A stretch of DNA of 64,000 bases from an uncultured Rhizobiaceae bacterium (GCA_964242945.1 CAXTCF010000004.1:1045-65044), one strand, 5' to 3'. Numbered from the stretch's first letter, positions 10,313-21,090 are shown. Notes: generated by a model from the sequence alone, not told the origin. Numbers and translations: made by a program.

Positions 10313-11394
10313 GTCGGGGACTCTGAAAGAACTGCTTTGTTGGCGCTCATGTCGGCATGCGGCAGCCCTCGCGCAAGTGCAGGGGGCAGGGTGCGCAAGA
10401 GCAGCCGGCGCAAAGCGTGCCAGCCCGCGCTGAGCAGGAGGATCAGGCTTCCCAGGGCAAGCAGCGTCAGCGGCACCACGCTTTCCCCATCGACCGAGCG
10501 GGCTACCAGCGTGCCGAAGGCGAAGCCGGCATAAGACAGGCCGGAAACCAGGATCGCCCGGCGGTCCACCAGCAGCGCCACCACCCCAAGCCCGGCGAAC
10601 ACGCCTAAGATGATCCAGGCCGGGCCTTGGCCCGCGCCGCCGGCAGCCCACAGCCCGCCGATCAGCGAATGCACGATCAGGGGTGCTGCCAGCATGTGCA
10701 GCCAGAAGGCGATGTCGGTGCGGCGCGTCAGCCGCTGCGGGTCGCTCAAGTCGAAGCGGAGCGCCAAAACGAACACCGCCACTCCGGAAGCGAGCAGGAG
10801 CAGCCGCCAGAACTCTGCCACGAAAGCCGGCGACAGGAGATAGACCGCGCCCAGAAAGGCTACCACCAGCGCGGCCATTCCCGCCGCAAAGGTGATCGGC
10901 ACGCGGAAGCGCAGATAGTGGAACCACGCCGCACCCACCGTGACGAGCGCCGCGGCGATCAGCGCCCAGGGCTCCTTGGCCTCGTCCAGGTGGAGGAGGA
11001 AGGGCAGGGCGGAGTCGCCCGGCAGCGCGGCAATGCCTTGGAACACGGCAAGGAAGACGCTCGCCGCGAAGGTGACGAGCAGCACGATGGAGGGCAGCGC
11101 TTGGCGCTGGCGGCGCGTGAAGAACTCGGCGAGCAGCCAGCAGGCCGCGGCGATGAGGAGCGCCGTCCCGCTCAACCCCAGCGGCGCAAGCCCGAACCAG
11201 CCCAGGCTGCCGAGGAACAGGCCCAAGCCGATCGTGACGAAGATGTCGGCGAAGCCGCTGATGAAGCGCAGTTTTTCGTCGTCGCGCGGCTCGTTGCTGA
11301 GCGCTGCCTGCTCCAGGCGGCGCAGGCCCAAAGCTTGGTCGGCGGTTATCAGGCTGCGCTCGACCGCCGCGCGGAGCGTGTTCTCGCTGATCAT
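10309..11394 (-). CDS. Conserved multi-pass membrane protein
   Basis: About 10 hydrophobic segments; [14 protein letters not shown] and DIAFWLH motifs. Its stop overlaps the hslU start. Confidence 0.8.
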   Translation of the reverse strand: MISENTLRAAVERSLITADQALGLRRLEQAALSNEPRDDEKLRFISGFADIFVTIGLGLFLGSLGWFGLAPLGLSGTALLIAAACWLLAEFFTRRQRQALPSIVLLVTFAASVFLAVFQGIAALPGDSALPFLLHLDEAKEPWALIAAALVTVGAAWFHYLRFRVPITFAAGMAALVVAFLGAVYLLSPAFVAEFWRLLLLASGVAVFVLALRFDLSDPQRLTRRTDIAFWLHMLAAPLIVHSLIGGLWAAGGAGQGPAWIILGVFAGLGVVALLVDRRAILVSGLSYAGFAFGTLVARSVDGESVVPLTLLALGSLILLLSAGWHALRRLLLRTLPPALARGLPHADMSANKAVLSESPT

Positions 11395-11407
11395 GGGAAC
11401 ACCAAAC

Positions 11408-11998
11408 TCAACTGCCGCCCTGCCACTGCCGCACGGCATCCAGCGGGTAGAGCAGCATCAGCACGTTGAGGGTGAGATTGTCGTGGATGGTATAGCCGAC
11501 CCAAAGCTCGAAAAAGAGGCCGATCGCCGCCACAAGCCAGACGGGCAGGGTGCGCGCCATGCCGAAGCCCAGGGCCATGAACAGCGTGTCCATCACCGAA
11601 TTGATGACGGAGTCGCCGAAATAGTCGAGCGAGATCGTGCCTTCGCGGTAGCGGTTGATGACGAAAGGCGTGTTCTCGACGATCTCCCAGGCCGCTTCCA
11701 GCCCGACCGCCATGGCAAGCCGGGAGACCACGGATGTTCGGGGGAACAGCGCCCAGAACAGGAGATAGAACAGGAAGCCGTGGATGACGTGGGAGAAGCT
11801 GTACCAGTCGGAAAGGTGCTGCGAGTTCTCCGAACTCTGCACCACGCCGTGCCAAAGCTTCACATACCCGCACTTGCAGATCGCCGGATGGCCGATTCCG
11901 TAGAGCGTCGCGGCCTGGATGGCGAGGAGGCCGAGGCACAACAGCAGCCCGGTCTTCCAGGCGGGCCGGATGGTTTGAGCGGGAGCGGACGGTTGCAT
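11408..11998 (-). CDS. DUF2585 (UPF0314) membrane protein
   Basis: [10 protein letters not shown]...[17 protein letters not shown]...WEIVEN...Y.GDS.INS. Confidence 0.88.
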   Translation of the reverse strand: MQPSAPAQTIRPAWKTGLLLCLGLLAIQAATLYGIGHPAICKCGYVKLWHGVVQSSENSQHLSDWYSFSHVIHGFLFYLLFWALFPRTSVVSRLAMAVGLEAAWEIVENTPFVINRYREGTISLDYFGDSVINSVMDTLFMALGFGMARTLPVWLVAAIGLFFELWVGYTIHDNLTLNVLMLLYPLDAVRQWQGGS

Positions 11999-12190
11999 CA
12001 GATCTCAAACATCCTGCGGGAAGTCTCGTCGAAAGCGTTTGGCGGTCCCGATACCACCGAAATCGCTCAGCCTGAAACAACGCAATAGCTGCTCCGCGCG
12101 ACCATCGGCGGCCTTGCCTCTTGGAATTTCTACCAAAATCGCCGGGTCGGCGCTGAGCCCGCAGGTCTCAAGGGATATCGTCAGGCACGC

Positions 12191-13096
12191 TCAGCCCCTC
12201 GCCGCCGCATTCAGGTGCGCGGCAAACTCCGGCGTCTCCATGAGCGCCTTGCAGCGGGCGAAGCGCGTTTCCGCATAGACGCGAAAGTCGTCGGCGGGGT
12301 TTCCGTTGGCGACCTGGATCAGGCCCCAAAGCGTCCAGAGCAGGTTGCACAGCGCCTTGTAGAGGACGATCCGGCCGCGCTCAGGCGCACCCGGCTCCCC
12401 GCCGAAATAGGCTGATATCATCGCCTCGTCTTGGGGTCCGTCGAACTCCGCCTCGACCGACAGGTCGCCCAGGTCCCACATCGGATCGTTGGCGCCGGAA
12501 TATTCCCAATCGACCATCCACATCCGCGTGCCCGTGTCGAGGAAGTTCTCGCACAAGGGATCGCAATGGCACGGCCGCAAGGGCAGCGGCCTCGCGTTCA
12601 ACGCCGCGCGCACCGAGCGGTCGGCCTCGCCCACCACGTCGCCGTAGCCTTCCGGGAGGGCTACCTCCTTCGTGGACAGAACCTTGAGGTAGCTGTCGAT
12701 CATGGCGAAGGGGTCGAAGCGGAAGGGGAAGACGGCCCCGCTATCGTGAAGCTTGCGGAAGGCTTCGCCCGCTCGGGCCGGCGCGCCGGCCCGCGTCCTA
12801 AAACGCTCCGGCGACATGGTTTCGGCGCCTTCGATGAAGCGCGTCACCATCACGCCCGTGCGCTCGTCGAAGTGCAGCACTTCCGGGCTGACGCCGGCTC
12901 TCGCCGCTTCGCGGGCAGTCACGGCTTCCGTCGCGCGGTCGATGTATTCTTCCGTGCCCTTGCCGGGCAGGCGCAGGCACTTGGTCCCGACGCGGAACAC
13001 CCGGTTCGTCAGCCCGCCCAGCCGCTCAGGCATGCCGGAAAAGCCGGCCAGGGCGGGAACGGCGGCGAGTGCCGCCCGCAGGTCGTCGTCCACCAT
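12191..13096 (-). CDS. Choline/ethanolamine kinase-family phosphotransferase
   Basis: GGLTN, CHCDPLCENFL and VDWEYS kinase motifs. Confidence 0.85.
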   Translation of the reverse strand: MVDDDLRAALAAVPALAGFSGMPERLGGLTNRVFRVGTKCLRLPGKGTEEYIDRATEAVTAREAARAGVSPEVLHFDERTGVMVTRFIEGAETMSPERFRTRAGAPARAGEAFRKLHDSGAVFPFRFDPFAMIDSYLKVLSTKEVALPEGYGDVVGEADRSVRAALNARPLPLRPCHCDPLCENFLDTGTRMWMVDWEYSGANDPMWDLGDLSVEAEFDGPQDEAMISAYFGGEPGAPERGRIVLYKALCNLLWTLWGLIQVANGNPADDFRVYAETRFARCKALMETPEFAAHLNAAARG

Positions 13097-13197
13097 CGCA
13101 CCCCTCTCCGCCTTGGTCTCAGCGAACGCGACGGTTTCACAGTTCAACCGTCTTGGCTATCATCCGCCGAGCGTGATCGATCGGGAAGGGCGCAGCA

Positions 13198-13830
13198 ATG
13201 GCAGACGGCAACCACGGCGGCGCGCTCGGCGCCGTTTACGAGGCCAAGCGCCCGGAGGAGATCGCCGCTCTCTATGACGGCTGGGCGGACACCTACGACG
13301 CCTTCATGGCCCAGGCAGGCTACCGCCATCCCTCGATCTGCCTGGCGTTGCTGTCGCGGCACTTAGGACGCGGCGCAGCACCCCTGCTCGATGCCGGCGT
13401 CGGGACCGGCGTGATCGGCGCGTGGCTCGGCATCATGGGCTACGCCGAAGTCGAGGGCCTCGACATCTCGGAAGGCATGCTCGCCAGAGCCGCTGCCACG
13501 GGTTCCTACAAGCGCCTGCATCGCCTGGCGCTTGGGCAGCCGCTGCCCTTCGACGACGGGCATTTCGCCGGCATCGTTTCCGCCGGCGTGTTCACCACCG
13601 GCCATGTCGGCGCGGAAGCGCTGGACGAGTTGATCCGCATCTGCCGCCCCGGCGGCGCGCTCGTCCTGACTGTCAAAAATACTTTGTGGGACGGCGGCTT
13701 CGCGCAAAGGATTGCCGAACTGGAGGCGGACGGCTCCGTGTCCGTCCTGGAAACGACCGAACCCTACGTGTCCATGCCCGGCGAAGAGGGCACCATCCCT
13801 GGGCGCGGGCTGGCGCTGCGGCGTCTGTAA
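13198..13830 (+). CDS. Class I SAM-dependent methyltransferase
   Basis: LDAGVGTG motif I, LDISEGML, AGVFTTGHV. Confidence 0.88.
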   Translation: MADGNHGGALGAVYEAKRPEEIAALYDGWADTYDAFMAQAGYRHPSICLALLSRHLGRGAAPLLDAGVGTGVIGAWLGIMGYAEVEGLDISEGMLARAAATGSYKRLHRLALGQPLPFDDGHFAGIVSAGVFTTGHVGAEALDELIRICRPGGALVLTVKNTLWDGGFAQRIAELEADGSVSVLETTEPYVSMPGEEGTIPGRGLALRRL

Positions 13831-13858
13831 GGGGGCCGCAAGGCAGGCGCGCTTCAGG

Positions 13859-14014
13859 ACCCCTCACTGCCCTGCCGGGCATCTCTCCCACAAGGGGAGA
13901 GAGGGGCAGCTTCAGGCGCCTCGCCCGTTCTGAAACGTTGGCGAATGGCGAAAGCGAGTATGACGGCCTCTCTCTCCCCTTGTGGGAGAGATGCCCGGCA
14001 GGGCAGTGAGGGGT
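13859..14014. mobile_element. Palindromic MITE-like element, family A, copy 2
   Basis: 45-bp perfect inverted repeats (13859-13903 and 13970-14014) around a 66-bp spacer, between convergent genes. Confidence 0.9.
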
Positions 14015-14031
14015 AGCGGCCCGCGCTCAGG

Positions 14032-14550
14032 CTAAGCCTCGAAGTCCGGATTGTCGCGCACCATCAGCAGGGCATCGCCATAGACCGAGCTGCGCCGGTC
14101 CAACGGGCGGAAGCCGGCCTTCTCATAGGCGCGGATCGCCCTGAGATTGCCTGGGTCCGGGTCGATCACGAGGCGCGGCGCGCCTTCGTCGAAGAGCGTT
14201 TCGGCGAACTGGTCGAGGATCGCCGGACCGTGACCCTTGCCGACGAGTTCCGGCGGCCCGACCGTGAGATCGAGGCCGAGCGTGCCGAAGGGCTGGTCGG
14301 CATAGGGGTGGTCGTCCTCCAGGTGCGGGTCGTAGCTCTGGAGGTAGGCGAGGGGCTTGCCCTTCCACTCGACGATCAGGGGCTCGGTGGATACGCTTTC
14401 CATGCCTTCGCGGATTTCCGCCAGCGAGGCTTCCGCATCCTCTCCCCACCACGCCGCCACATGCGGCTCGCCAAGCCAGCGGCGGAGAAGCGGAAAGTCC
14501 CGCTCCTCCACCGGGCGAAAGACGTAGGCCGGCTCGTCAGGCCGCGGCAT
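14032..14550 (-). CDS. GNAT N-acetyltransferase (AAC(6')/siderophore acetyltransferase-like fold)
   Basis: [31 protein letters not shown]. Confidence 0.88.
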   Translation of the reverse strand: MPRPDEPAYVFRPVEERDFPLLRRWLGEPHVAAWWGEDAEASLAEIREGMESVSTEPLIVEWKGKPLAYLQSYDPHLEDDHPYADQPFGTLGLDLTVGPPELVGKGHGPAILDQFAETLFDEGAPRLVIDPDPGNLRAIRAYEKAGFRPLDRRSSVYGDALLMVRDNPDFEA

Positions 14551-15091
14551 CGAGCGTTTCCACCACCACGTTGGCGTTGGTGTAAACGCAGATTTCGCCG
14601 GCGATCTGCATGGCGCGGCGCGCGATCTCCTCGGCGTCCTTGTCCGTGTCGATGAGCGCGCGGGCCGCGGCCAGCGCGTAGTTGCCGCCGGAGCCGATCG
14701 CCATCACGCCGTGCTCCGGCTCCAGCACGTCGCCCGTGCCGGTGAGCGCCAGCGTCACTTGTCTGTCGGCCACCAGCATCATGGCTTCGAGGCGGCGCAG
14801 GTAGCGGTCGGTGCGCCAGTCTTTGGCGAGCTCTACCGCCGCGCGGGTCAGCTGGTCGGGGTACTGCTCCAGCTTGGCTTCCAGCCGCTCCAAGAGCGTG
14901 AAGGCATCCGCGGTGGCGCCGGCGAAGCCCGCGATGACGCGCCCGTCCTTGCCGACGCGGCGCACCTTCTTGGCGTTGCCCTTCATGATGGTCTGGCCGA
15001 GGCTCACCTGCCCGTCGCCGGCGATCACCACCTTGCCGCCCTTGCGCACGGTCACGATGGTCGTGGCGTGCATGGTCAAATTGTCCGACAT
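14537..15091 (-). CDS. hslV: ATP-dependent protease peptidase subunit HslV
   Basis: HATTIV N-terminal Thr, [24 protein letters not shown]. Confidence 0.98.
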   Translation of the reverse strand: MSDNLTMHATTIVTVRKGGKVVIAGDGQVSLGQTIMKGNAKKVRRVGKDGRVIAGFAGATADAFTLLERLEAKLEQYPDQLTRAAVELAKDWRTDRYLRRLEAMMLVADRQVTLALTGTGDVLEPEHGVMAIGSGGNYALAAARALIDTDKDAEEIARRAMQIAGEICVYTNANVVVETLDAAA

Positions 15092-15163
15092 CTTCTTCTC
15101 TCTCCGATGACGCGCGCTCCCGTTTTTCGAGGCAAGCCGCGCGATACGAGGTTGTTCGGGCTC

Positions 15164-15191
15164 ATGTATGCAGGGGCCGGAGCTTTGCAAA
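15164..15191 (-). promoter_or_regulatory. Candidate RpoH-type promoter for hslV
   Basis: Minus strand TTTGCA-N15-CATACAT; the same -10 word occurs upstream of trxA. Confidence 0.35.
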
Positions 15192-15246
15192 CTGGCCAAG
15201 GGGAGGGCGCCCTGTTAGAAGCCGGCCGACCGTTGATGAAAGGCGT

Positions 15247-15852
15247 TTGAACGACGTGGCGCGCGAGGGAAAGATCAGCCGCAAGACCAACGAGACGGAA
15301 GTGTCCGTTTCCCTGGTCCTTGACGGCACCGGCAGGCACGCCATCGCCACCGGCGTCGGCTTCTTCGACCACATGCTGGAGCAGCTTTCCCGCCATTCGC
15401 TGATCGACATGGCGATCGAGGCCAAGGGCGACCGGCATGTGGACGATCACCACACCGTGGAGGACACGGGCATCGCCATCGGCCAGGCGATCGCGCAGGC
15501 GCTGGCCGACCGGCGCGGCATCCTGCGCTATGCATCCGTCGCTCTGCCGATGGATGAAACTCTGACTGAAGCCGCAATTGATGTTTCCGGCCGCCCCTTC
15601 CTGATCTGGAACGTCGCTTTCACGGCCGAGAAGATCGGCACGTTCGACACGGAGCTGGTGCGCGAGTTCTTCCAGGCCTTGGTGCAGAACGCGCGGGTAA
15701 CGCTTCACGTGAATCACCGCACCGGCGCCAACAGCCACCACATCGCGGAGTCCTGCTTCAAGGCGGTGGCGCGGGTGCTGCGTGCGGCATGCGAGCCGGA
15801 CCCGCGCCGGCCCGACGCCATCCCTTCCACCAAGGGCACTTTGGAGGGTTAA
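15247..15852 (+). CDS. hisB: Imidazoleglycerol-phosphate dehydratase
   Basis: [30 protein letters not shown]. Confidence 0.98.
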   Translation: MNDVAREGKISRKTNETEVSVSLVLDGTGRHAIATGVGFFDHMLEQLSRHSLIDMAIEAKGDRHVDDHHTVEDTGIAIGQAIAQALADRRGILRYASVALPMDETLTEAAIDVSGRPFLIWNVAFTAEKIGTFDTELVREFFQALVQNARVTLHVNHRTGANSHHIAESCFKAVARVLRAACEPDPRRPDAIPSTKGTLEG

Positions 15853-15856
15853 GCCG

Positions 15857-16318
15857 ATGGCCGTCTATGTCGCGGTCGAGCCGCCCAGCGGGGACGCGGA
15901 AAAAACCGCCTTCGTGCGCGACGGCTTCACCTTCTTCGCGTTCCTCCTGCCCGTCTTCTGGTTTCTCTGTCACCGCATGTGGATCGAGGCGGGGCTCAGC
16001 CTTGCCGTGACGCTTCTTCTGGGTTCGCTGGACGCTTTCGGCGGGCCGGCCATCCCTCTGCTGTCCCTGCTGTTCGCGGTCATCGTCGGACTGGAAGCGC
16101 CGGCCTTGCGCCTTTGGACCCTGCGCCGCCGCGGCTGGACCGAGCGCGGCGCGGTCGAAGCGGACAGCGAGGCGGATGCCGAACTCCGCTATTTCCTGGA
16201 CGCGGAGGAAGTCCGCGAGGAAGAAGCTCCCACGCCCCCTGCCGTCGCAGCGCCCGCCCGCCCTGGGCGCGGCGCCGTTCCGGCATTAGGCTTTCTGGAC
16301 AGCCGCGGCATTGCGTGA
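15857..16318 (+). CDS. DUF2628-family membrane protein
   Basis: FVRDGF.F.AF...W...HR.W motif; usual position between hisB and hisH. Confidence 0.82.
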   Translation: MAVYVAVEPPSGDAEKTAFVRDGFTFFAFLLPVFWFLCHRMWIEAGLSLAVTLLLGSLDAFGGPAIPLLSLLFAVIVGLEAPALRLWTLRRRGWTERGAVEADSEADAELRYFLDAEEVREEEAPTPPAVAAPARPGRGAVPALGFLDSRGIA

Positions 16319-16326
16319 AAAATGCC

Positions 16327-16986
16327 ATGCGTGAAACCGTCGTCCTCATCGACTACGGCTCCGGCAACCTGCGCTCCGCCACCAAGGCTTTTGAGCGTGC
16401 CGCACGCGAAGCCGGGCTCGACACGCGCATCCTGCTGACGGACAAAGCCGAGGAAGTCGCAGCCGCCGACCGCGTCGTGCTGCCGGGCGTCGGCGCCTAT
16501 GCCGACTGCCGCGCCGGCCTGGATGCCGTTCCCGGCATGGTGGAAGCCCTGGAGAAGCGCGTGCGCCAAGGGGGAAAACCGTTTCTCGGCATCTGCGTCG
16601 GCATGCAGCTGATGGCGGAGCGCGGGCTGGAGAAGACGGTCACGCAGGGTCTGGGCTGGATCGGCGGCGATGTGAAGGAAATGCAGCCCGCCGACAACAG
16701 CCTGAAAATCCCGCAGGTCGGCTGGAATACGATTCACGTGAAACCGGCCGGCCATCCGCTGTTTGAAGGCATACAAACAAGCCAAAGCGGGCTGCACGCC
16801 TACTTCGTCCACTCCTATCACCTGGCAGCAACAAACCCGGAAGATGTTCTTGCACAAGCCGACTACGGCGGGCCGGTCACCGCGGCCGTTGCGCGCGACA
16901 ACATGGCCGGCACGCAGTTTCACCCGGAAAAGAGCCAGACGCTGGGCTTGGCGCTGATCGGCAACTTTTTGCGGTGGAAGCCGTGA
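16327..16986 (+). CDS. hisH: Imidazole glycerol phosphate synthase glutaminase subunit
   Basis: [33 protein letters not shown]. Confidence 0.98.
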   Translation: MRETVVLIDYGSGNLRSATKAFERAAREAGLDTRILLTDKAEEVAAADRVVLPGVGAYADCRAGLDAVPGMVEALEKRVRQGGKPFLGICVGMQLMAERGLEKTVTQGLGWIGGDVKEMQPADNSLKIPQVGWNTIHVKPAGHPLFEGIQTSQSGLHAYFVHSYHLAATNPEDVLAQADYGGPVTAAVARDNMAGTQFHPEKSQTLGLALIGNFLRWKP

Positions 16987-17720
16987 TCCTGTTTCCCGCC
17001 ATCGACCTCAAGAACGGCGCCTGCGTGCGCCTGAAGCTGGGGCTCATGGACAGCGCCACCATCTACAATGCCGACCCGGCGGCACAGGCAAAAGCTTTCG
17101 AGGACCAGGGCTTCTCCCGCTTGCACGTCGTGGACCTCGACGGCGCCTTCGCAGGCGAAAGCCGCAATGGCGCGGCCGTGGAAGCGATCCTGCGCGCCGC
17201 CAAGAACCCGGTGCAGCTCGGCGGCGGCATCCGCAGCCTGGAGCAGATCGAGGCTTGGCTGGACAAAGGCGTGTCGCGCGTGATCCTCGGCACGGCCGCC
17301 GTGCGCGATCCGGATTTGGTGCGCGAAGCCTGCCGTCGCTTCCCCGAAAAGATCGCGGTAGGCATCGACGCGAAAAATGGCCGCGTCGCGGTGGAAGGCT
17401 GGGGCGAGACCTCTAACCTGGAAGCAGTCGAACTCGCCAAAAAGTTTGAGGGCGCGGGCGTTGCCGCCGTCGTCTTCACCGACATCGACCGCGACGGCGT
17501 GCTTTCCGGCATCAACTGGGAGGCGACGATCCGCCTGGCCGATGCCGTGTCCATCCCCGTCATCGCCTCCGGCGGCCTGGCCTCGCTCGCCGACATCCGC
17601 CGCATGACGCAGCCCGACGCGCAGAAGCTGGAAGGCGCGATCTCCGGCCGCGCGCTCTATGACGGACGCATCGACCCGGCGGAAGCGCTGGCGATCCTGC
17701 GCGGTGACGTTCCTGCCTGA
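16983..17720 (+). CDS. hisA: ProFAR isomerase
   Basis: [29 protein letters not shown]; GTGA overlap with hisH. Confidence 0.98.
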   Translation: MILFPAIDLKNGACVRLKLGLMDSATIYNADPAAQAKAFEDQGFSRLHVVDLDGAFAGESRNGAAVEAILRAAKNPVQLGGGIRSLEQIEAWLDKGVSRVILGTAAVRDPDLVREACRRFPEKIAVGIDAKNGRVAVEGWGETSNLEAVELAKKFEGAGVAAVVFTDIDRDGVLSGINWEATIRLADAVSIPVIASGGLASLADIRRMTQPDAQKLEGAISGRALYDGRIDPAEALAILRGDVPA

Positions 17721-17740
17721 CCCGTGCTAAGCTGTCAGGC

Positions 17741-18307
17741 ATGAACATCCAGGCGAAATACCCAACCACACCGGATGAATTCCTGCGCTGGAACGAAGGG
17801 CGCGAGGGCAAGCGCGAGTTCGTCAACGGGCGGGTGGTTGAAATGATGATCAACGTGACGCGCAACCACGTCGAGATCGCCGGCAACCTCTACTTCGCGC
17901 TGCGGCGCCAACTCGACCCAAGGCGGTTCAGCATCGGCGCCGCTGATTTCGCTATCAGAAGCCCGAACGGGATCAGGTATCCTGATGTCTTTGTCGATCG
18001 CAAGCAGCCGGAAGGGCGCGGCGGCGACTTGGCAGCCGTCGAGCCCGTCCTGCTGGCCGAGGTCCTGTCGCCTTCCTCGTTCGCACGCGACTTCGTGGAT
18101 AAAGCCGAAGAGTATCGAAGCATAGGCAGCCTGCTCTTCTACCTCATCCTGTCCCACCAGGAGCGGCGCGCATGGCTTTTCAGCCGTGAGGAAGGCCGGT
18201 GGACCGAGCAGCGGGAATTTGTCGAAGACGAAATCATCAACCTGTCCGACCTCCGGGTCGAACTTCCTCTCGCCGAAATCTACGAAGGCGTCGATCTCTC
18301 CCGTTGA
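17741..18307 (+). CDS. Uma2 (DUF820) restriction endonuclease-like protein, copy 1
   Basis: E..NG...M, YPDVFV, LLAEVLSPSS..RD...K...Y pattern. Confidence 0.85.
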   Translation: MNIQAKYPTTPDEFLRWNEGREGKREFVNGRVVEMMINVTRNHVEIAGNLYFALRRQLDPRRFSIGAADFAIRSPNGIRYPDVFVDRKQPEGRGGDLAAVEPVLLAEVLSPSSFARDFVDKAEEYRSIGSLLFYLILSHQERRAWLFSREEGRWTEQREFVEDEIINLSDLRVELPLAEIYEGVDLSR

Positions 18308-18375
18308 TATGCGCACGCAAGGGACTTGCCGCACGAAGCACGAGCCTCGAATTGGGCCACGATAGGCTATCAGGC

Positions 18376-18939
18376 ATGAACATCCAGGCGAAATACCCGA
18401 CCACACCGGACGAATTTCTGCGTTGGAACGAGGGGCGCGAGGGCAAGCGCGAATTCGTTGATGGGCAGGTGGTCGAGATGATGATCAACACGACGCGCAA
18501 CCATTGGCGCGTGATGAACAGACTCACCTTCCAGCTCATCGACCAGCTTGGTCTGGAGCGGTACGACATCGGTTCTTCGGATTTCGGGGTTAGAACCGGC
18601 GACGGCATCCGCTTTCCCGACGTGCTCGTGGAAAACCGCACGGAGGAAGGCAAGTCGTTGGCATCCAAGGGGCCCCTGCTTATCGCGGAAGTGCTTTCGG
18701 CCTCAACGAAGGCGCAGGATTTCGGAGCGAAAGCGAAAGACTATCTCGCCCTGCCAACGCTCCGGCATTACCTCGTGCTCGCCCAGGATGAGGTGCGGGT
18801 ATGGCTCTGGTCACGTTCGCCTGATGGAACATGGATCGGTCCTGAGATGACCGCAGATGGTGAAGCAACGATCCTACTCACAGGGTTCGACGCTGAAATT
18901 GCGATCTCTCCACTATACACCGGCGTGAACCTCTCGTGA
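18376..18939 (+). CDS. Uma2 (DUF820) restriction endonuclease-like protein, copy 2
   Basis: ATG 18376 gives the same first 28 aa as copy 1; [17 protein letters not shown]...K...Y. Stop overlaps the hisF start. Confidence 0.85.
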   Translation: MNIQAKYPTTPDEFLRWNEGREGKREFVDGQVVEMMINTTRNHWRVMNRLTFQLIDQLGLERYDIGSSDFGVRTGDGIRFPDVLVENRTEEGKSLASKGPLLIAEVLSASTKAQDFGAKAKDYLALPTLRHYLVLAQDEVRVWLWSRSPDGTWIGPEMTADGEATILLTGFDAEIAISPLYTGVNLS

Positions 18940-19724
18940 CCCTCAAAGCCCGCGTCATTCCTTGTCTGGACGTGAAAGACGGCCGCGTCGTCAAGGGCAT
19001 CAACTTCGTTGGCCTGATCGACGCCGGCGACCCCGTGGAAGCCGCAGCCGCCTATGACGCCGCGGGTGCGGACGAGCTTTGCTTTCTCGACATCACGGCG
19101 TCCAGCGACAACCGCGAGACGATCTTCGACGTCGTGGCCCGCACCGCCGAAAAATGCTTCATGCCGCTCACCGTCGGCGGCGGCGTGCGCAAGCTCGCCG
19201 ACATCCGCCGGCTGCTGCTGGCCGGCGCCGACAAGGTGTCGATCAACACCGCGGCCGTAAAGGACCCGGATTTCGTCTCCGCCGCGGCGGACAAGTTCGG
19301 CAACCAATGCATCGTCGTGGCGATCGACGCCAAGAAGGTGTCGGGAGAGGGCGAGGCGCCGCGCTGGGAAATCTTCACCCATGGCGGGCGCGAGCGGACC
19401 GGCATCGACGCGGTGGCGTTTGCGCAAGAGATGGCCGAGCGGGGTGCGGGAGAAATCCTGCTGACCTCCATGGACCGCGACGGCACCAAGGCCGGCTACG
19501 ACATCGCGCTCACGCGCGCGGTCGCGGATGCCGTGCGCTGCCCGGTGATCGCGTCAGGCGGCGTCGGCACGCTGGATCACCTGGTGGAAGGCGTGCGCGA
19601 CGGCGGCGCTTGCGCCGTGCTCGCCGCTTCGATCTTCCACTTCGGCACCTATTCGGTGCGCCAGGCCAAGGCGCACATGGCCAAGGCCGGACTGCCGATG
19701 CGGCTCGACCCCGCCGACCTTTGA
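18936..19724 (+). CDS. hisF: Imidazole glycerol phosphate synthase cyclase subunit
   Basis: [38 protein letters not shown]. Confidence 0.98.
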   Translation: MTLKARVIPCLDVKDGRVVKGINFVGLIDAGDPVEAAAAYDAAGADELCFLDITASSDNRETIFDVVARTAEKCFMPLTVGGGVRKLADIRRLLLAGADKVSINTAAVKDPDFVSAAADKFGNQCIVVAIDAKKVSGEGEAPRWEIFTHGGRERTGIDAVAFAQEMAERGAGEILLTSMDRDGTKAGYDIALTRAVADAVRCPVIASGGVGTLDHLVEGVRDGGACAVLAASIFHFGTYSVRQAKAHMAKAGLPMRLDPADL

Positions 19725-19740
19725 TCCCGCGAGTCCAGGC

Positions 19741-20058
19741 GTGACCAGCTTTTCCCTGTCCGATCTTGAAGCCATCGTGCGTGCGCGGGCGGCAGCCGAT
19801 CCGGAAAAATCCTGGACCGCCAAGCTCGTTTCGGCCGGCATCGAGAAGGCGGCCAAGAAGCTCGGCGAGGAAGCGACCGAAACCGTGATCGCGGCGGTAG
19901 CGCAGGACAAGGCCGCGCTGGTGAACGAAAGCGCCGACCTGCTTTACCACTGGCTGGTGGTGCTCCACCTCCGCGGCGTCGCCCTGGACGACGTCATGAC
20001 TGAGCTGGAGCGGCGCACGGGCCAGTCGGGGCTTGCCGAAAAAGCCGGCAGAGGCTAG
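19741..20058 (+). CDS. hisE: Phosphoribosyl-ATP pyrophosphatase
   Basis: [17 protein letters not shown]. Confidence 0.96.
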   Translation: MTSFSLSDLEAIVRARAAADPEKSWTAKLVSAGIEKAAKKLGEEATETVIAAVAQDKAALVNESADLLYHWLVVLHLRGVALDDVMTELERRTGQSGLAEKAGRG

Positions 20059-20095
20059 CGCAGAAATCACCACGCGGGGTGGGAACTGCTGAAGA

Positions 20096-21082
20096 ATGAG
20101 CCAAGTCGCGCCTGAGTTTGTTGCGCCGGAGCCGGTTCCAGCCGAGCGCTACTCGCCCTACCGTTTCTTTTCCACCGAGGCCTGGGCGAAATTCCGCGCC
20201 GACACGCCGCTGACGCTTTCCGAAGCGGAGGTGCGCCGCCTCGCTTCGCTGAACGACCCGATCGACGGCGAAGAAGTCCGCCGCATCTACCTTTCGCTGT
20301 CGCGGCTGCTTTCCGCCCATGTGGAATCGAGCCAGCTTCTGTTCCGCCAGCGCCAGAAATTCTTCCAGGCGGAGAACGCGGTGAAGACACCCTTCATCAT
20401 CGGCATGGCGGGCTCGGTGGCGGTCGGAAAATCCACCACCGCGCGCGTGCTGAAGGAACTGCTGGCCCGCTGGCCGTCGAGCCCGAAGGTCGATCTCATC
20501 ACCACCGACGGCTTCCTCCACACCAACGAAACCCTGCTCCGCGAAGACCTGATGGAGCGCAAGGGATTCCCTGAGTCCTACGATGTCGGCGCGCTCCTGC
20601 GCTTCCTTTCCGCGATCAAGTCGGGCCAGCCGCATGTGCGGGCGCCCGTCTATTCCCACCTGACCTATGACGTGATGCCGGGAAAGTTCGTCACCATAGA
20701 CCGGCCGGACATCCTGATCTTCGAGGGGCTCAACGTGCTCCAGCCGCGCGACCTGCCGGAGGACGGCAACTTCGTGCCCTTCGTGTCCGACTTCTTCGAC
20801 TTCTCCATCTATATCGACGCGGACGAGCGATTGCTTCGCCAGTGGTATGTCGAGCGCTTCATGCGCCTGCGCGAAACCGCTTTCCAGGACGAGAAGAGCT
20901 TCTTCCACCGCTTCGCCGTCCTGTCGGACGAGGCGGCGCTGGCGCTGGCGACGAGCATCTGGGAAACCATCAACCTGAAGAACCTGCGCGAGAACATCCT
21001 GCCCACCCGCCCGCGCGCCGACCTCATCCTGCGCAAGGGCGAAGGCCACCACGTAACGGAAGTGGCGCTGCGCAAGCTCTGA
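20096..21082 (+). CDS. coaA: Type I pantothenate kinase
   Basis: [33 protein letters not shown]. Confidence 0.97.
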   Translation: MSQVAPEFVAPEPVPAERYSPYRFFSTEAWAKFRADTPLTLSEAEVRRLASLNDPIDGEEVRRIYLSLSRLLSAHVESSQLLFRQRQKFFQAENAVKTPFIIGMAGSVAVGKSTTARVLKELLARWPSSPKVDLITTDGFLHTNETLLREDLMERKGFPESYDVGALLRFLSAIKSGQPHVRAPVYSHLTYDVMPGKFVTIDRPDILIFEGLNVLQPRDLPEDGNFVPFVSDFFDFSIYIDADERLLRQWYVERFMRLRETAFQDEKSFFHRFAVLSDEAALALATSIWETINLKNLRENILPTRPRADLILRKGEGHHVTEVALRKL

Positions 21083-21090
21083 TCTGTTTT

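Noticed and set aside
12014-12170. Possible MITE bounded by CCTGCGGG/CCCGCAGG
   Set aside because: Only an 8-bp inverted repeat, with no target duplication and no second copy in the window.
14032-14550. Aminoglycoside resistance gene call for the GNAT (and for the APH-like domain of tsaE)
   Set aside because: Fold-level similarity only; both sit in conserved chromosomal contexts with no integron or transposon features.
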